From contig JACKGC010000001.1 of the NCBI GenBank assembly GCA_020632135.1, positions 581,124 to 645,123 of the forward strand: a stretch of 64,000 nucleotides of DNA, read 5' to 3'. The DNA is from Candidatus Nomurabacteria bacterium. Its GTDB lineage: Bacteria; Patescibacteriota; Minisyncoccia; Phycocordibacterales; UBA918. Within the stretch, counting starts at the first letter, position 1. Each line of letters opens with the position of its first letter. Below, one piece after another: positions 42,235-50,850 of this stretch. The translations under genes were made by a program, and so were the position numbers. The notes under the pieces are model-generated. The model saw only the letters and a list, made by a program, of their open reading frames with translations, was not told where the DNA came from and did not search any database.

Positions 42235-42353
42235 GAGAAAGCCTGGGAGGCTTTCGCAAGACCTTGCCTGGTATTTTCTGAATACCTGGAAGAAAATATT
42301 GACAAGGTGTACAGCTCCTGTAAGGAGAGGGCCGCTTTTAGTATTTCTTGCTT

Positions 42354-42944
42354 ATGTCCAAATTTCTAGTGGGTATCGATGAGGCCGGCAGGGGTCCCTT
42401 AGCAGGGCCAGTGAGTGTAGGGGTGGTGGTTGTGCCGGAAGGGTTTGACTGGAGGCAGATTGAAGGGGTGGGGGATAGTAAGCAGATCAAGCCGGAGCGG
42501 CGCGAAGTGCTTTTCCGGTGTGCGCAAGACCTACGTCATCACCGGAAGCTTAACTTTGCCGTGTCGATGGTCGGTTCTTCTGTGATTGATGAAAAAGGCA
42601 TTTCGTACACGATCCGTCTGGCGATGGCGCGTTGCCTCAAGCGCTTGGAGCTTGAGCCGTTGGAGTGTTTTATTAAATTGGACGGCGCGCTTCGCGCGCC
42701 GTCCCCATTCCCCCAAGAAACCATCATCAAAGGCGACGCGACCGAGCCAGCCATTGGTCTTGCTTCGATCATCGCCAAAGTCACTCGTGACAGATATATG
42801 ACGCGCATTGCGCGCCGCTACACCCAGTATGGCTTCGAGCAGCATATGGGCTACGGCACCAAGGCACACCGCGAAGCGATCGCTAGATACGGCAAGTGTC
42901 CGATCCATCGGGTCAGCTATTGCAAAAATATAAAATCGTTGTAG
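42354..42944 (+). CDS. rnhB: Ribonuclease HII
   Basis: GIDEAGRGPLAGPV, GDSKQI and the IASIIAKVTRD motifs. Start at ATG 42354. Confidence 0.9.
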   Translation: MSKFLVGIDEAGRGPLAGPVSVGVVVVPEGFDWRQIEGVGDSKQIKPERREVLFRCAQDLRHHRKLNFAVSMVGSSVIDEKGISYTIRLAMARCLKRLELEPLECFIKLDGALRAPSPFPQETIIKGDATEPAIGLASIIAKVTRDRYMTRIARRYTQYGFEQHMGYGTKAHREAIARYGKCPIHRVSYCKNIKSL

Positions 42945-42999
42945 TATGTGGTGTCCGCAAATGGGTGTGGACGCATGAAATGACCCAAGGGAGGGATTC

Positions 43000-43299
43000 A
43001 TGTTTGGAAAAAAGAAACGGCGTACTCGTCCTAATCGAGAAGAGGACAACGTCAATCCGTTTTTTGGAAAGGCAAGAGGTGAACTGTTTGCGCAGCCGGA
43101 AGAGCTCGGTGCGTGCGACGAGTGTACGCAACACAAAGACGATGGCGCGTATAGCCGCCAGGGCGGCTCACTGTTTATTAATTGCCTGACACAATCAGGT
43201 TTGTCGAAGCCGCAGACCGAGGTCTCTGACCCATTCGACTGCGAGCACCATCCTTTCTTCGGCAAGAAGAAAAAGGATGAGGACGGCGGACTTTTTTAG
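43000..43299 (+). CDS. Hypothetical small basic/acidic protein upstream of rpmF
   Basis: 99 aa with a repeated PFFGK motif. It occupies the position where YceD/DUF177 usually precedes L32, but similarity is not evident. The alternative antisense ORF looks spurious. Confidence 0.4.
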   Translation: MFGKKKRRTRPNREEDNVNPFFGKARGELFAQPEELGACDECTQHKDDGAYSRQGGSLFINCLTQSGLSKPQTEVSDPFDCEHHPFFGKKKKDEDGGLF

Positions 43300-43395
43300 C
43301 TCTTTGGTCAATGGTGACCACAATTTCAAGCCGGTGTAGCGATACATCGGCTTTTCTATTGCGTTTTTTGGTGTTTCTGCTATAGTTTCGCCACT

Positions 43396-43680
43396 ATGGT
43401 AATTCGAATGCGTCACACGCGGTCACACACCGCGAACCGCCGTTCACATCATGCGCTCCAGGCGCCGACTTTGGCGACTTGTGCAAACTGTGGCGAGAAG
43501 CACCGCCCACATCATATGTGTCAGGGGTGCGGACACTACAAGGGTCGTATGGTTGTTGATCTTGCGGCTAAGAAAAAGGCTCGCGAAGCTCGCCTTACAG
43601 CTAAGCGTGAAGCTCTACAGTCTGAGCAAGGTCTCACACCTGCAGCAACTGACGTTGAAGAGCAGAAGGCTGAGAAATAA
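43396..43680 (+). CDS. rpmF: Ribosomal protein L32 with C-terminal extension
   Basis: [17 protein letters not shown] and a CxxC...CxxC zinc ribbon ([18 protein letters not shown]). Alternative start at 43408. Confidence 0.85.
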   Translation: MVIRMRHTRSHTANRRSHHALQAPTLATCANCGEKHRPHHMCQGCGHYKGRMVVDLAAKKKAREARLTAKREALQSEQGLTPAATDVEEQKAEK

Positions 43681-43687
43681 TTTTGTA

Positions 43688-43719
43688 CCACAAAGCCCCG
43701 CTTAGGCGGGGCTTTGTGG
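43688..43719 (+). terminator. Hairpin terminator after rpmF
   Basis: CCACAAAGCCCCGC-ttag-GCGGGGCTTTGTGG. Confidence 0.7.
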
Positions 43720-43786
43720 ATTCTGCGCTGGTCCGCTGCCACACTGCAGTGGTACACTAGACGCAGTAATAGCTTAGTACATTCCT

Positions 43787-44689
43787 ATGGCAAATCGACA
43801 TCTTTCGCGCAGTATCGTTCTTCAGTCACTCTTTGAGTGGGATTTAAACGCGCTTGAGAAAAAAGCAGTGCAAGAAGTATTGGAGCGCAACGTCACCGAA
43901 TTTGCGCCAAACAAGACCGATCTGCCATTTATGGAAAAACTCCTCGATGGTGTCATGGCTAAGCAGCCTGAGCTTGACCTTATCATTGAAAAAGCGGCCC
44001 CCGAGTGGCCGATCGATCGTATCTCTCCAGTCGATCGTAACATCCTGCGTCTAGGTCTCTATGAGCTTTTGTTTGCGGATCGCGGTGAGGTCCCGGCTAA
44101 AGTGGCTATTAATGAGGCGATCGAATTGGCGAAGCAATTTGGTGGCGACAACAGTAGCCGGTTCGTCAACGGCGTCTTAGGTGCAGTCTATAAAGAGATC
44201 GGCGAGCCGGGCAAGGACGAACAGAGTAAGCGTAAGAAACGAGATGTGCCATTTGATCAAATGCCAATCGAGCGACTAGCTGGTGCGGTGGTGTATGCAG
44301 AACACGAAGGACAGATGTACCTCGCGCTTGTGCACGATATCTTCGGACACTGGACGCTCTCTAAGAGTAAGGTGAAAGAAGAAGAAACACCCGAAGAAGG
44401 TGCGACTCGTGCGCTGCTGGAGGAAGTCGGACTTCCTGTTACGATTGAAACCGAGCTCGGTAATAACGAATATGTCGCTTCGCAGCCGGAGAAGGGCAAG
44501 GTGCGCAAGCAGGTCCACTATTTCTTGGCCCAAGCGCCGTACCAAGACATTGAGCTTCTGAAGAAAGGAGGCCTCGATGACGCCAAGTGGTTTAAGGTAG
44601 CCGACATTTTGGAGCTTAATTTTTATGAGGACATTCTCCCGATCGTTACCAAGGCGGTTACGGTATTGGTTGGCAGGAGCGGAAAATAG
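43787..44689 (+). CDS. nusB: NusB antitermination factor fused to a Nudix-fold domain
   Basis: Aa 1-140 are NusB-like (RSIVLQSLFEWDL, ILRLGLYELLF, AINEAIELAKQFGG..SSRFVNGVLG). Aa 165-290 carry a Nudix box variant, SKSKVKEEETPEEGATRALLEEVGL. Confidence 0.8.
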   Translation: MANRHLSRSIVLQSLFEWDLNALEKKAVQEVLERNVTEFAPNKTDLPFMEKLLDGVMAKQPELDLIIEKAAPEWPIDRISPVDRNILRLGLYELLFADRGEVPAKVAINEAIELAKQFGGDNSSRFVNGVLGAVYKEIGEPGKDEQSKRKKRDVPFDQMPIERLAGAVVYAEHEGQMYLALVHDIFGHWTLSKSKVKEEETPEEGATRALLEEVGLPVTIETELGNNEYVASQPEKGKVRKQVHYFLAQAPYQDIELLKKGGLDDAKWFKVADILELNFYEDILPIVTKAVTVLVGRSGK

Positions 44690-44726
44690 TGCTACTGTCT
44701 TTATACACCCCTAACACAAAGCAACT

Positions 44727-45443
44727 ATGGAAGCACGAAATATCGATGCTGACCTTAGCCAGCTTCAAGGTGTGCTCGGTGTGCAGTTTGCTGAGATCGC
44801 GATATTGCGTTCGGCGATTACACACCGCTCGTACCTAAATGAACATCGAGAAGCAAATTGGGATCATAACGAACGCCTGGAGTTTCTAGGTGACGCGGTC
44901 CTTGAGCTAGTGGTCACGGATTATCTATATCATAAATACCCTGAGAAGCCGGAAGGTGAGTTAACTGCCGTGCGGGCAGCGCTCGTGAATACCATCTCAC
45001 TGGCGTGTGCCTCTGAGCAGCTCGGCATTAATGATTTTTTACTCATGTCAAAAGGTGAAGCGAAGGATGTCGGCCGCGCTCGACAATACATCTTAGCAAA
45101 CGCGTTTGAAGCCTGTATCGGCGCTATTTACATTGACCAGGGCTATGATGCGGCGCAAGCATTCATTGCTGCTCGGCTTTTCCCGCGCACTGATGAGATC
45201 GTTCGTAAGCGCCTGTGGCAGGACGCCAAGAGTCGCTTCCAGGAGCTGGCGCAGGAGCACGCATCAGTCACTCCGACTTACGAGACGATTGACCAAGAAG
45301 GCCCTGACCATGATCGGATCTTTACGGTTGGTGTATATCTCCGCAAGGAATTGATCGCGGAAGGCAAAGGTCGTTCCAAGCAAGAGGCAGAGCAGCAAGC
45401 AGCTGAGCAAGCGATCGAGGAGAAAGGTTGGGACACTGCATAG
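44727..45443 (+). CDS. rnc: Ribonuclease III
   Basis: NERLEFLGDAVLELVVTDYLY signature and a C-terminal dsRBD (GPDHDRIFTVGV...GKGRSKQEAEQQAA). Confidence 0.93.
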   Translation: MEARNIDADLSQLQGVLGVQFAEIAILRSAITHRSYLNEHREANWDHNERLEFLGDAVLELVVTDYLYHKYPEKPEGELTAVRAALVNTISLACASEQLGINDFLLMSKGEAKDVGRARQYILANAFEACIGAIYIDQGYDAAQAFIAARLFPRTDEIVRKRLWQDAKSRFQELAQEHASVTPTYETIDQEGPDHDRIFTVGVYLRKELIAEGKGRSKQEAEQQAAEQAIEEKGWDTA

Positions 45444-45447
45444 CCAG

Positions 45448-45479
45448 ATAGCACGCTGAACTGGCGTGCTATACTTTTT
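45448..45479 (+). terminator. Terminator after rnc
   Basis: ATAGCACGC-tgaactg-GCGTGCTAT followed by ACTTTTTC. Confidence 0.7.
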
Positions 45480-45482
45480 CTA

Positions 45483-46193
45483 ATGAAACGACCACAGCAG
45501 AGCGGCTTCACGCTGGTTGAGATCTTGGTTGCTATTACGGTGGCACTCATCTTGGTTGGTGTGTTGGCGGCCAATTACTTTGATAGTCTCAAGGTGTCAC
45601 GGGACGCTAAACGCCAAGCTGATCTGCGTAATTTACAGGCGGCTATTGAGCTCTACAAGCTAGAGTACGGGAGGTATCCAGCGGGGTGTAATGGTGCTGG
45701 TGTCTGGTCGGGTCAACTGGGAACAGATTTTGAGTGCAATCACGCGGGTACCTATGCGGGATATGCCGGGACGGGTCAGTATATCGTCAAGCACGATCCG
45801 GCAGACTCGAGCATCCAGGACTTTGCCCCTGGGTTTATTCCAGTGCTGCCGGTTGACCCGAGGTTAAATGGTGATAATTCTGGGTACGTGTATCTGGCTA
45901 ATGCGGACGGCACGGTCTATAAGCTCGTAGCGTATCGGACAGTCGAGGAAATGAGTGTGGTCGATGGTTCTTCGGACCATATCGATGATGACCTCCGTGA
46001 CTTTAAGCTGTGTGAGACAGAGCACTGGTGGACCGCTGACACTTCCATGTTGTGTTACGACGATCTGCCTTGTTATTACACTCAATCATACTACCCAATC
46101 TCATATGCAGTATGGGGTGGTTATGCCGATATGCCGACCGCTGCTCAGGTCACTACATACACCGAGAATATCGTCTGCAGCATTCCAAACTAG
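45483..46193 (+). CDS. Type IV pilin-like protein (prepilin N-terminal methylation motif)
   Basis: MKRPQQSG/FTLVEILVAITVALILVGVLA, i.e. a class III signal G/FTL(V/I)E plus a hydrophobic helix. Confidence 0.8.
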   Translation: MKRPQQSGFTLVEILVAITVALILVGVLAANYFDSLKVSRDAKRQADLRNLQAAIELYKLEYGRYPAGCNGAGVWSGQLGTDFECNHAGTYAGYAGTGQYIVKHDPADSSIQDFAPGFIPVLPVDPRLNGDNSGYVYLANADGTVYKLVAYRTVEEMSVVDGSSDHIDDDLRDFKLCETEHWWTADTSMLCYDDLPCYYTQSYYPISYAVWGGYADMPTAAQVTTYTENIVCSIPN

Positions 46194-46242
46194 CTGTGTA
46201 CACGCCCATTATTAAGTCTGCTCAGGTGCTATCATAAAAAGT

Positions 46243-46806
46243 ATGTGGAAACAAACTAGCCAACGAGGCTTCACTCTGATCGAGATCATGGTAGTGATCA
46301 CGATCATTGGTATTCTAGCTGCTGCTGCTTTTGCTAATTTCAATGATGCGCGGAAACAGGCTCGGGACGCCCAACGAATCCAAGAGCTAAAGATGATCGC
46401 CGAGGCGTTTGAACTGATGTTGATCGATCATGGCGGAACGGTCGACTGTGGTGCTGGCGTTAAAATTGAAGGGGGGGTTGATGAGATCAATGTTGGTACA
46501 GGTGCTGCGACAAATTGCAATGATCTAGATTTGATCCAGGACACGATCTCTGACTATTTCCAACAGACACCACACGATCCACTGGGGCCGGGTGATGATC
46601 GCTACTTCTACTACTTCGACTATCATGGTTGTGGTGGTGGTGAACCAAATAAGTGGTTGGTGTATGGTGGTATGGAACTTGAGGGTAGCTCCAACCGTGA
46701 TCAGGTGTGTAGTGCTACTGGTAGTAACAATCAGGGTTACTATTTCGAAGATGGCTCAAGCAATGCTACATACCCCTACGTGATCTCAATTATGGAAGAG
46801 GATTAA
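46243..46806 (+). CDS. Type IV pilin-like protein
   Basis: QRG/FTLIEIMVVITIIGILAAAAF. Confidence 0.8.
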   Translation: MWKQTSQRGFTLIEIMVVITIIGILAAAAFANFNDARKQARDAQRIQELKMIAEAFELMLIDHGGTVDCGAGVKIEGGVDEINVGTGAATNCNDLDLIQDTISDYFQQTPHDPLGPGDDRYFYYFDYHGCGGGEPNKWLVYGGMELEGSSNRDQVCSATGSNNQGYYFEDGSSNATYPYVISIMEED

Positions 46807-46825
46807 CAATTTGTATTGACCCATC

Positions 46826-47440
46826 ATGATGACATTCTTCGCTAAGCACAAAACAGAAAAAGGTTTTTCTCTCATTGAATTACTGGTGGTGATAGCCATT
46901 ATTGGTATCTTGGCAACGATCCTGAGTGCAAACTTCAATAAATCAAAAGACAAAGCTACTAACAAAGCGCTGCGGAGTGAGTTGCGTGAGGTACAGCTCG
47001 CACTCGAGCTCTATAAAGCCCAGAATGGGGAGTACCCAGGCGTTCCTAACACAGCCTGTCGACAAACCGGAAGTGACTACCTCAGTGCAAGTAGTCGGGA
47101 TTGTGGTGTTATTGCCTACATTGGAGATGATTCAAATAATGACTTTATCCCTGAGTTCATCGGGTCGCTCCCCACGCATCAGGATTCACGCAATAGTAAT
47201 TGTGATATCGAATACATTGTGGCTGATGACGCCAGCTGGTACAAACTCACTGCGATCCGGTGTCTAGCCGGGGTGGACGATGAAGAAGATGATGATGCTA
47301 TACAGCCTGAGAATGAATTTGCGCGTTGTATCTATAACTCTCCATTGTCGGACTGTAGTCACTGCGATTCAGGGTATGTTGCTGACGCTGATTTTTATGA
47401 GTCTGTCGCGGTGTACAGTGTTGGTGGTCAGTGTCGATAG
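46826..47440 (+). CDS. Type IV pilin-like protein
   Basis: EKG/FSLIELLVVIAIIGILATIL, with several Cys in the C-terminal globular part. Confidence 0.8.
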   Translation: MMTFFAKHKTEKGFSLIELLVVIAIIGILATILSANFNKSKDKATNKALRSELREVQLALELYKAQNGEYPGVPNTACRQTGSDYLSASSRDCGVIAYIGDDSNNDFIPEFIGSLPTHQDSRNSNCDIEYIVADDASWYKLTAIRCLAGVDDEEDDDAIQPENEFARCIYNSPLSDCSHCDSGYVADADFYESVAVYSVGGQCR

Positions 47441-47446
47441 TAGTGT

Positions 47447-49690
47447 ATGTACCTCAAAGAGCTCACGATCAACGGTTTCAAATCGTTCGCTAAAAAGAGC
47501 GAATTGGAGTTTTCTGCAGCTATTACTGCGATCGTGGGTCCAAACGGATCAGGGAAGAGCAACATTGCCGAGTCATTTCGGTTTGTGCTCGGGGAACAGT
47601 CGGTGAAGTCGATGCGTGGCAAGAAGGGCGAGGACCTTATTTGGGGCGGCTCGGAAAAGGTCTCGCGTGGTAACCGCGCGAGTGTGGAGGTGGTGTTTGA
47701 TAATAAAGGACGGACGTTTGCGCTCGATTTTGACGAAGTCAAAATCGAGCGCATTGTGCACCGCGACGGGCAAAATGAGTACAAACTCAATGATTCCACG
47801 GTGCGCCTGAAGGATGTGCATGAGCTCTTGGCAAACGCCAACATCGGCTCGACTGGCCACCATATCATTTCCCAGGGTGAGGCTGATCGCGTACTGGCGG
47901 CGGGGCCGAAAGAGCGACGTGAGATGATCGAAGACGCGCTGGGGCTAAAGGTGTACCAACTTAAAAAGCAAGAAACTGAACGTAAGCTAGAAAAAACCCA
48001 CGAAAACATCGCACAGGTGGGGTCGCTCCGTCGTGAAGCAGCCCCGCATTTAAAATACTTACAGAAGCAGGTTGAGAAGGCTGAGCGCTCGCTGGAGGTG
48101 CAACAGGAACTGCGCACCAAATACGCGGAGTACCTGAAGCGTGAAGATACGTACGTGGCGAAGCGACATGACCAACTCGAAGCAGGGCGCCGTGAGCCAG
48201 CAGCCCAACTTGAAGCAGTGGCGGTTCGGCTCGAACGGGTGAAGACGTTGTTGGTAGAGTCAGAAGAAAAACCTGATACAACCGAACGTCTGGATGCTGA
48301 AGCAGCCCATAAAACTGCAGCGAAAGCCCGACAAGAGCTAGAGCGCGAGTGTAGCAGGCTTGAAGGACAGATTTCATTTTTGCAAAATCGTATTTCGACG
48401 CCACAGGTTGTTGTCAGTGGCGGTACGGTCATTGACCGAAGTCAGCTTGAGTCGCTCGTGGCTGACATTGAGCAAGCGTCTGAGAAAGCGTTGAGTAAAG
48501 GTGGCGAGCCAGTATTGGAGCGAGCACTGCGAGACTTGCTCCATCAGCTACGCACTTTCCTCAAGCGTGAGCAGGGTGAAGTGATCGACACGACAATCGC
48601 TGATAAAGAAGAGCTTGCAGCGCTTGAGGACAGTGTTGCGTCATTGCAGTCGGCGCTTGAAGATGCGCGGCAATCTGAAGCCAAGACTCAAGCTGCACTT
48701 GATGCGATCCGCACAGCGCACGTGGCAGATACTGAAAAGAATCGAGAAGCCGAGCGTGAGATGTTCGCACTTATGAATGAGCGCCGGGAGCTTGAGAGCC
48801 AGCTTGATGCGATCGACCGTGAGCTTACGGTGCTCGAACGTGACCGCACTGACTTTAAGCAGCAGCTGCAGGAGGCGGTCTCGCTCCTGGGGCGCGGCGC
48901 GAGCGACTACTACTCTTTTGAGATACTAGACGATACTGGAGCGGTGGTGAGTGATGACGCGATCGCGGCAGAAGATCGCGCCGCGCAACGAACTCGAGCG
49001 CACGAACTCGAGAAGTTAAAAATTCGTCTGGAAGAGCTTGGGGTAGGGGCAACCGAAGATTTGCTGAAAGAATACACTGACGCAAAGGAGCGTGATGAAT
49101 TCTTAGCTCGAGAGCTAACCGACCTTGAGGCATCGGTAGAAAACCTCAAGTCGCTGATCGTCGATATGGAAGAAAAACTCCACGAACAATTCAGTGTCGG
49201 GGTAGAAAAGATCACGAAGGAATTTCACACTTTCTTCACGCTCATGTTTGGCGGCGGCTCAGCGTCACTTGAGCGAGTAAAGCTCAAGCAGCGCAGTGAA
49301 GATGAAGAAGAAGGAGGAGAAGAAGTTGCAACACAGGAGGGTGTCGAGCTTACTGTGGCGCTACCAAATAAGCGTGTGAAGGGGCTTGAGATGCTTTCTG
49401 GTGGCGAACGTGCACTCACTTCAATTGCGCTTATTTTTGCAATGAGTCAGGTCAATCCACCGCCATTCATTATTCTTGATGAGACTGATGCCGCACTTGA
49501 TGAGGCTAATAGCCGGCGCTATGGCGATATGATCGAAGCGTTGGCGAAGCGTTCGCAGCTGGTGCTTATCACGCACAATCGCGAGACCATGAGCCGCGCG
49601 GGGATCCTTTACGGCATTACCATGGGCGGCGATGGGGTGTCAAAGGTGTTATCGGTAAAGTTTGATGAGGCAGCAGCGGTAGCGAAGTAG
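47447..49690 (+). CDS. smc: SMC-family ATPase, short form without a recognisable hinge domain
   Basis: N-terminal head FKSF...GPNGSGKSNI. C-terminal head LSGGERALTSIALIFA...FIILDETDAALDEAN. Only about 430 aa of coiled coil between them, with a short break at about aa 330-345. Confidence 0.8.
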   Translation: MYLKELTINGFKSFAKKSELEFSAAITAIVGPNGSGKSNIAESFRFVLGEQSVKSMRGKKGEDLIWGGSEKVSRGNRASVEVVFDNKGRTFALDFDEVKIERIVHRDGQNEYKLNDSTVRLKDVHELLANANIGSTGHHIISQGEADRVLAAGPKERREMIEDALGLKVYQLKKQETERKLEKTHENIAQVGSLRREAAPHLKYLQKQVEKAERSLEVQQELRTKYAEYLKREDTYVAKRHDQLEAGRREPAAQLEAVAVRLERVKTLLVESEEKPDTTERLDAEAAHKTAAKARQELERECSRLEGQISFLQNRISTPQVVVSGGTVIDRSQLESLVADIEQASEKALSKGGEPVLERALRDLLHQLRTFLKREQGEVIDTTIADKEELAALEDSVASLQSALEDARQSEAKTQAALDAIRTAHVADTEKNREAEREMFALMNERRELESQLDAIDRELTVLERDRTDFKQQLQEAVSLLGRGASDYYSFEILDDTGAVVSDDAIAAEDRAAQRTRAHELEKLKIRLEELGVGATEDLLKEYTDAKERDEFLARELTDLEASVENLKSLIVDMEEKLHEQFSVGVEKITKEFHTFFTLMFGGGSASLERVKLKQRSEDEEEGGEEVATQEGVELTVALPNKRVKGLEMLSGGERALTSIALIFAMSQVNPPPFIILDETDAALDEANSRRYGDMIEALAKRSQLVLITHNRETMSRAGILYGITMGGDGVSKVLSVKFDEAAAVAK

Positions 49691-49693
49691 GTG

Positions 49694-49724
49694 AAAACGG
49701 CGCGCCCGAAGGACGCGCCGTTTG
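49694..49724 (+). terminator. Terminator after smc
   Basis: AAAACGGCGCG-cccgaagga-CGCGCCGTTT. Confidence 0.7.
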
Positions 49725-49746
49725 GTATGATAGTAAGCAAGAAAAT

Positions 49747-50808
49747 ATGGAAGGAGCACCAAAATTCAAAGTAACGAAAGAAACACCGTACGGGCCGCAT
49801 TTGGAGCGGGTAACTAACGATGTGGCAGAATTCGGTCCGAAAACACCAGAGCAGGTGTCAGCACTTCAACAGGCACTGATGAAAGCGGCAAGAGTGGGGG
49901 CGTTTGTGGGCGCATTAGCAGTCGGTGCGGATCTTGTCAAAAAATCAGACACAGAAACTGCGCCGCCATTGCAGCCGGTCACTACAACTTCGCAAGTCCC
50001 GGAAACACAGTACCAGCCAGCACTTGAAACTGTAATGTATCCAGAGATGGAGACTGCTCATAGCACCGAAGCGGTGCCGCAGGATGCATTTGCGGCGGAG
50101 GTGGAGCAAATTGCCGCCGATATCGATGATGTCGATCTAGCTGGTACGCTCGAATACGCCAATAAGCCCGTGCGCGGCAATGAAGCGTTGTCACGAATGG
50201 AGTATGCCAAGCAGGCCGTTACGTTTCGATCTGAACCTGATACGCGCCGTGGTCGCCCTGCCATACCGCCACCGTTGCAGGCAGAACTGCGGAAACTCAT
50301 GCCGGGCTGGTTGGCTCAAGAATCACGTTTCAAAGGTGACGTGGTGAGTAGTAGCGCCGCAGCTGGTATTGCGCAAATTAAGCCAAAGACGTGGGCGGAG
50401 TATCGTGGTACTGAAGAGGTGTCGCTGCGGATGGATGAGCAGATCAAAGTGTTTGGGGAATTGGTTTCGGATAATTATCACTACATCTTACACTTCGCAG
50501 GCAAGGAAGCGATTGACACGTTGCGTTCACGTTTTACCTCCGAAGAGTCTTTTTTGGAAGAACTGATGGCACCGTTGATGGTCAATGCATACAATGCGGG
50601 CGGTCCGCTGATCGGTAAAATGCTTAAACGTTTCGTGGATGAGGTATCGGTTGAAAATATGAAAACTGGCCGAGAACTCTTCTTGCAGATCGCTGATTTT
50701 GCGGCGGCTGGAGACGATGACCTGCTCGACGGATACAACACTGAGCAGCGGGAATATGTTTCAAGAATACATGCGTTTCAGTCTAAGTTAGATAACAAGA
50801 AGGCGTAG
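49747..50808 (+). CDS. SLT-domain (lytic transglycosylase-like) protein
   Basis: AQESRFKGDVVSSSAAAGIAQIKPKTW matches the SLT catalytic E-S ... G(L/I)(M/A)Q pattern. The N-terminal half is unassigned. Confidence 0.6.
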   Translation: MEGAPKFKVTKETPYGPHLERVTNDVAEFGPKTPEQVSALQQALMKAARVGAFVGALAVGADLVKKSDTETAPPLQPVTTTSQVPETQYQPALETVMYPEMETAHSTEAVPQDAFAAEVEQIAADIDDVDLAGTLEYANKPVRGNEALSRMEYAKQAVTFRSEPDTRRGRPAIPPPLQAELRKLMPGWLAQESRFKGDVVSSSAAAGIAQIKPKTWAEYRGTEEVSLRMDEQIKVFGELVSDNYHYILHFAGKEAIDTLRSRFTSEESFLEELMAPLMVNAYNAGGPLIGKMLKRFVDEVSVENMKTGRELFLQIADFAAAGDDDLLDGYNTEQREYVSRIHAFQSKLDNKKA

Positions 50809-50844
50809 AAAACGGCCGGCCCCGAAGGGGCCGGCCGTTTTTTC
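50808..50844. terminator. Bidirectional terminator
   Basis: AAAACGGCCGGCCCC-gaag-GGGGCCGGCCGTTTTTT, between convergent genes. Confidence 0.9.
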
Positions 50845-50850
50845 TTCTCA

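Noticed and set aside
47428-48432. A 334-aa minus-strand ORF antisense to smc. Similar long antisense ORFs occur at 42531..43265, 34951..35727, 40021..40815, 2709..3302, 29485..30051 and 63382..63945.
   Set aside because: Each lies fully opposite a gene with strong family motifs. Their products are low-complexity (Ser/Arg/Ala/Pro-rich) with no motifs. Open antisense frames are expected opposite codon-biased, coiled-coil or repeat-coding genes.
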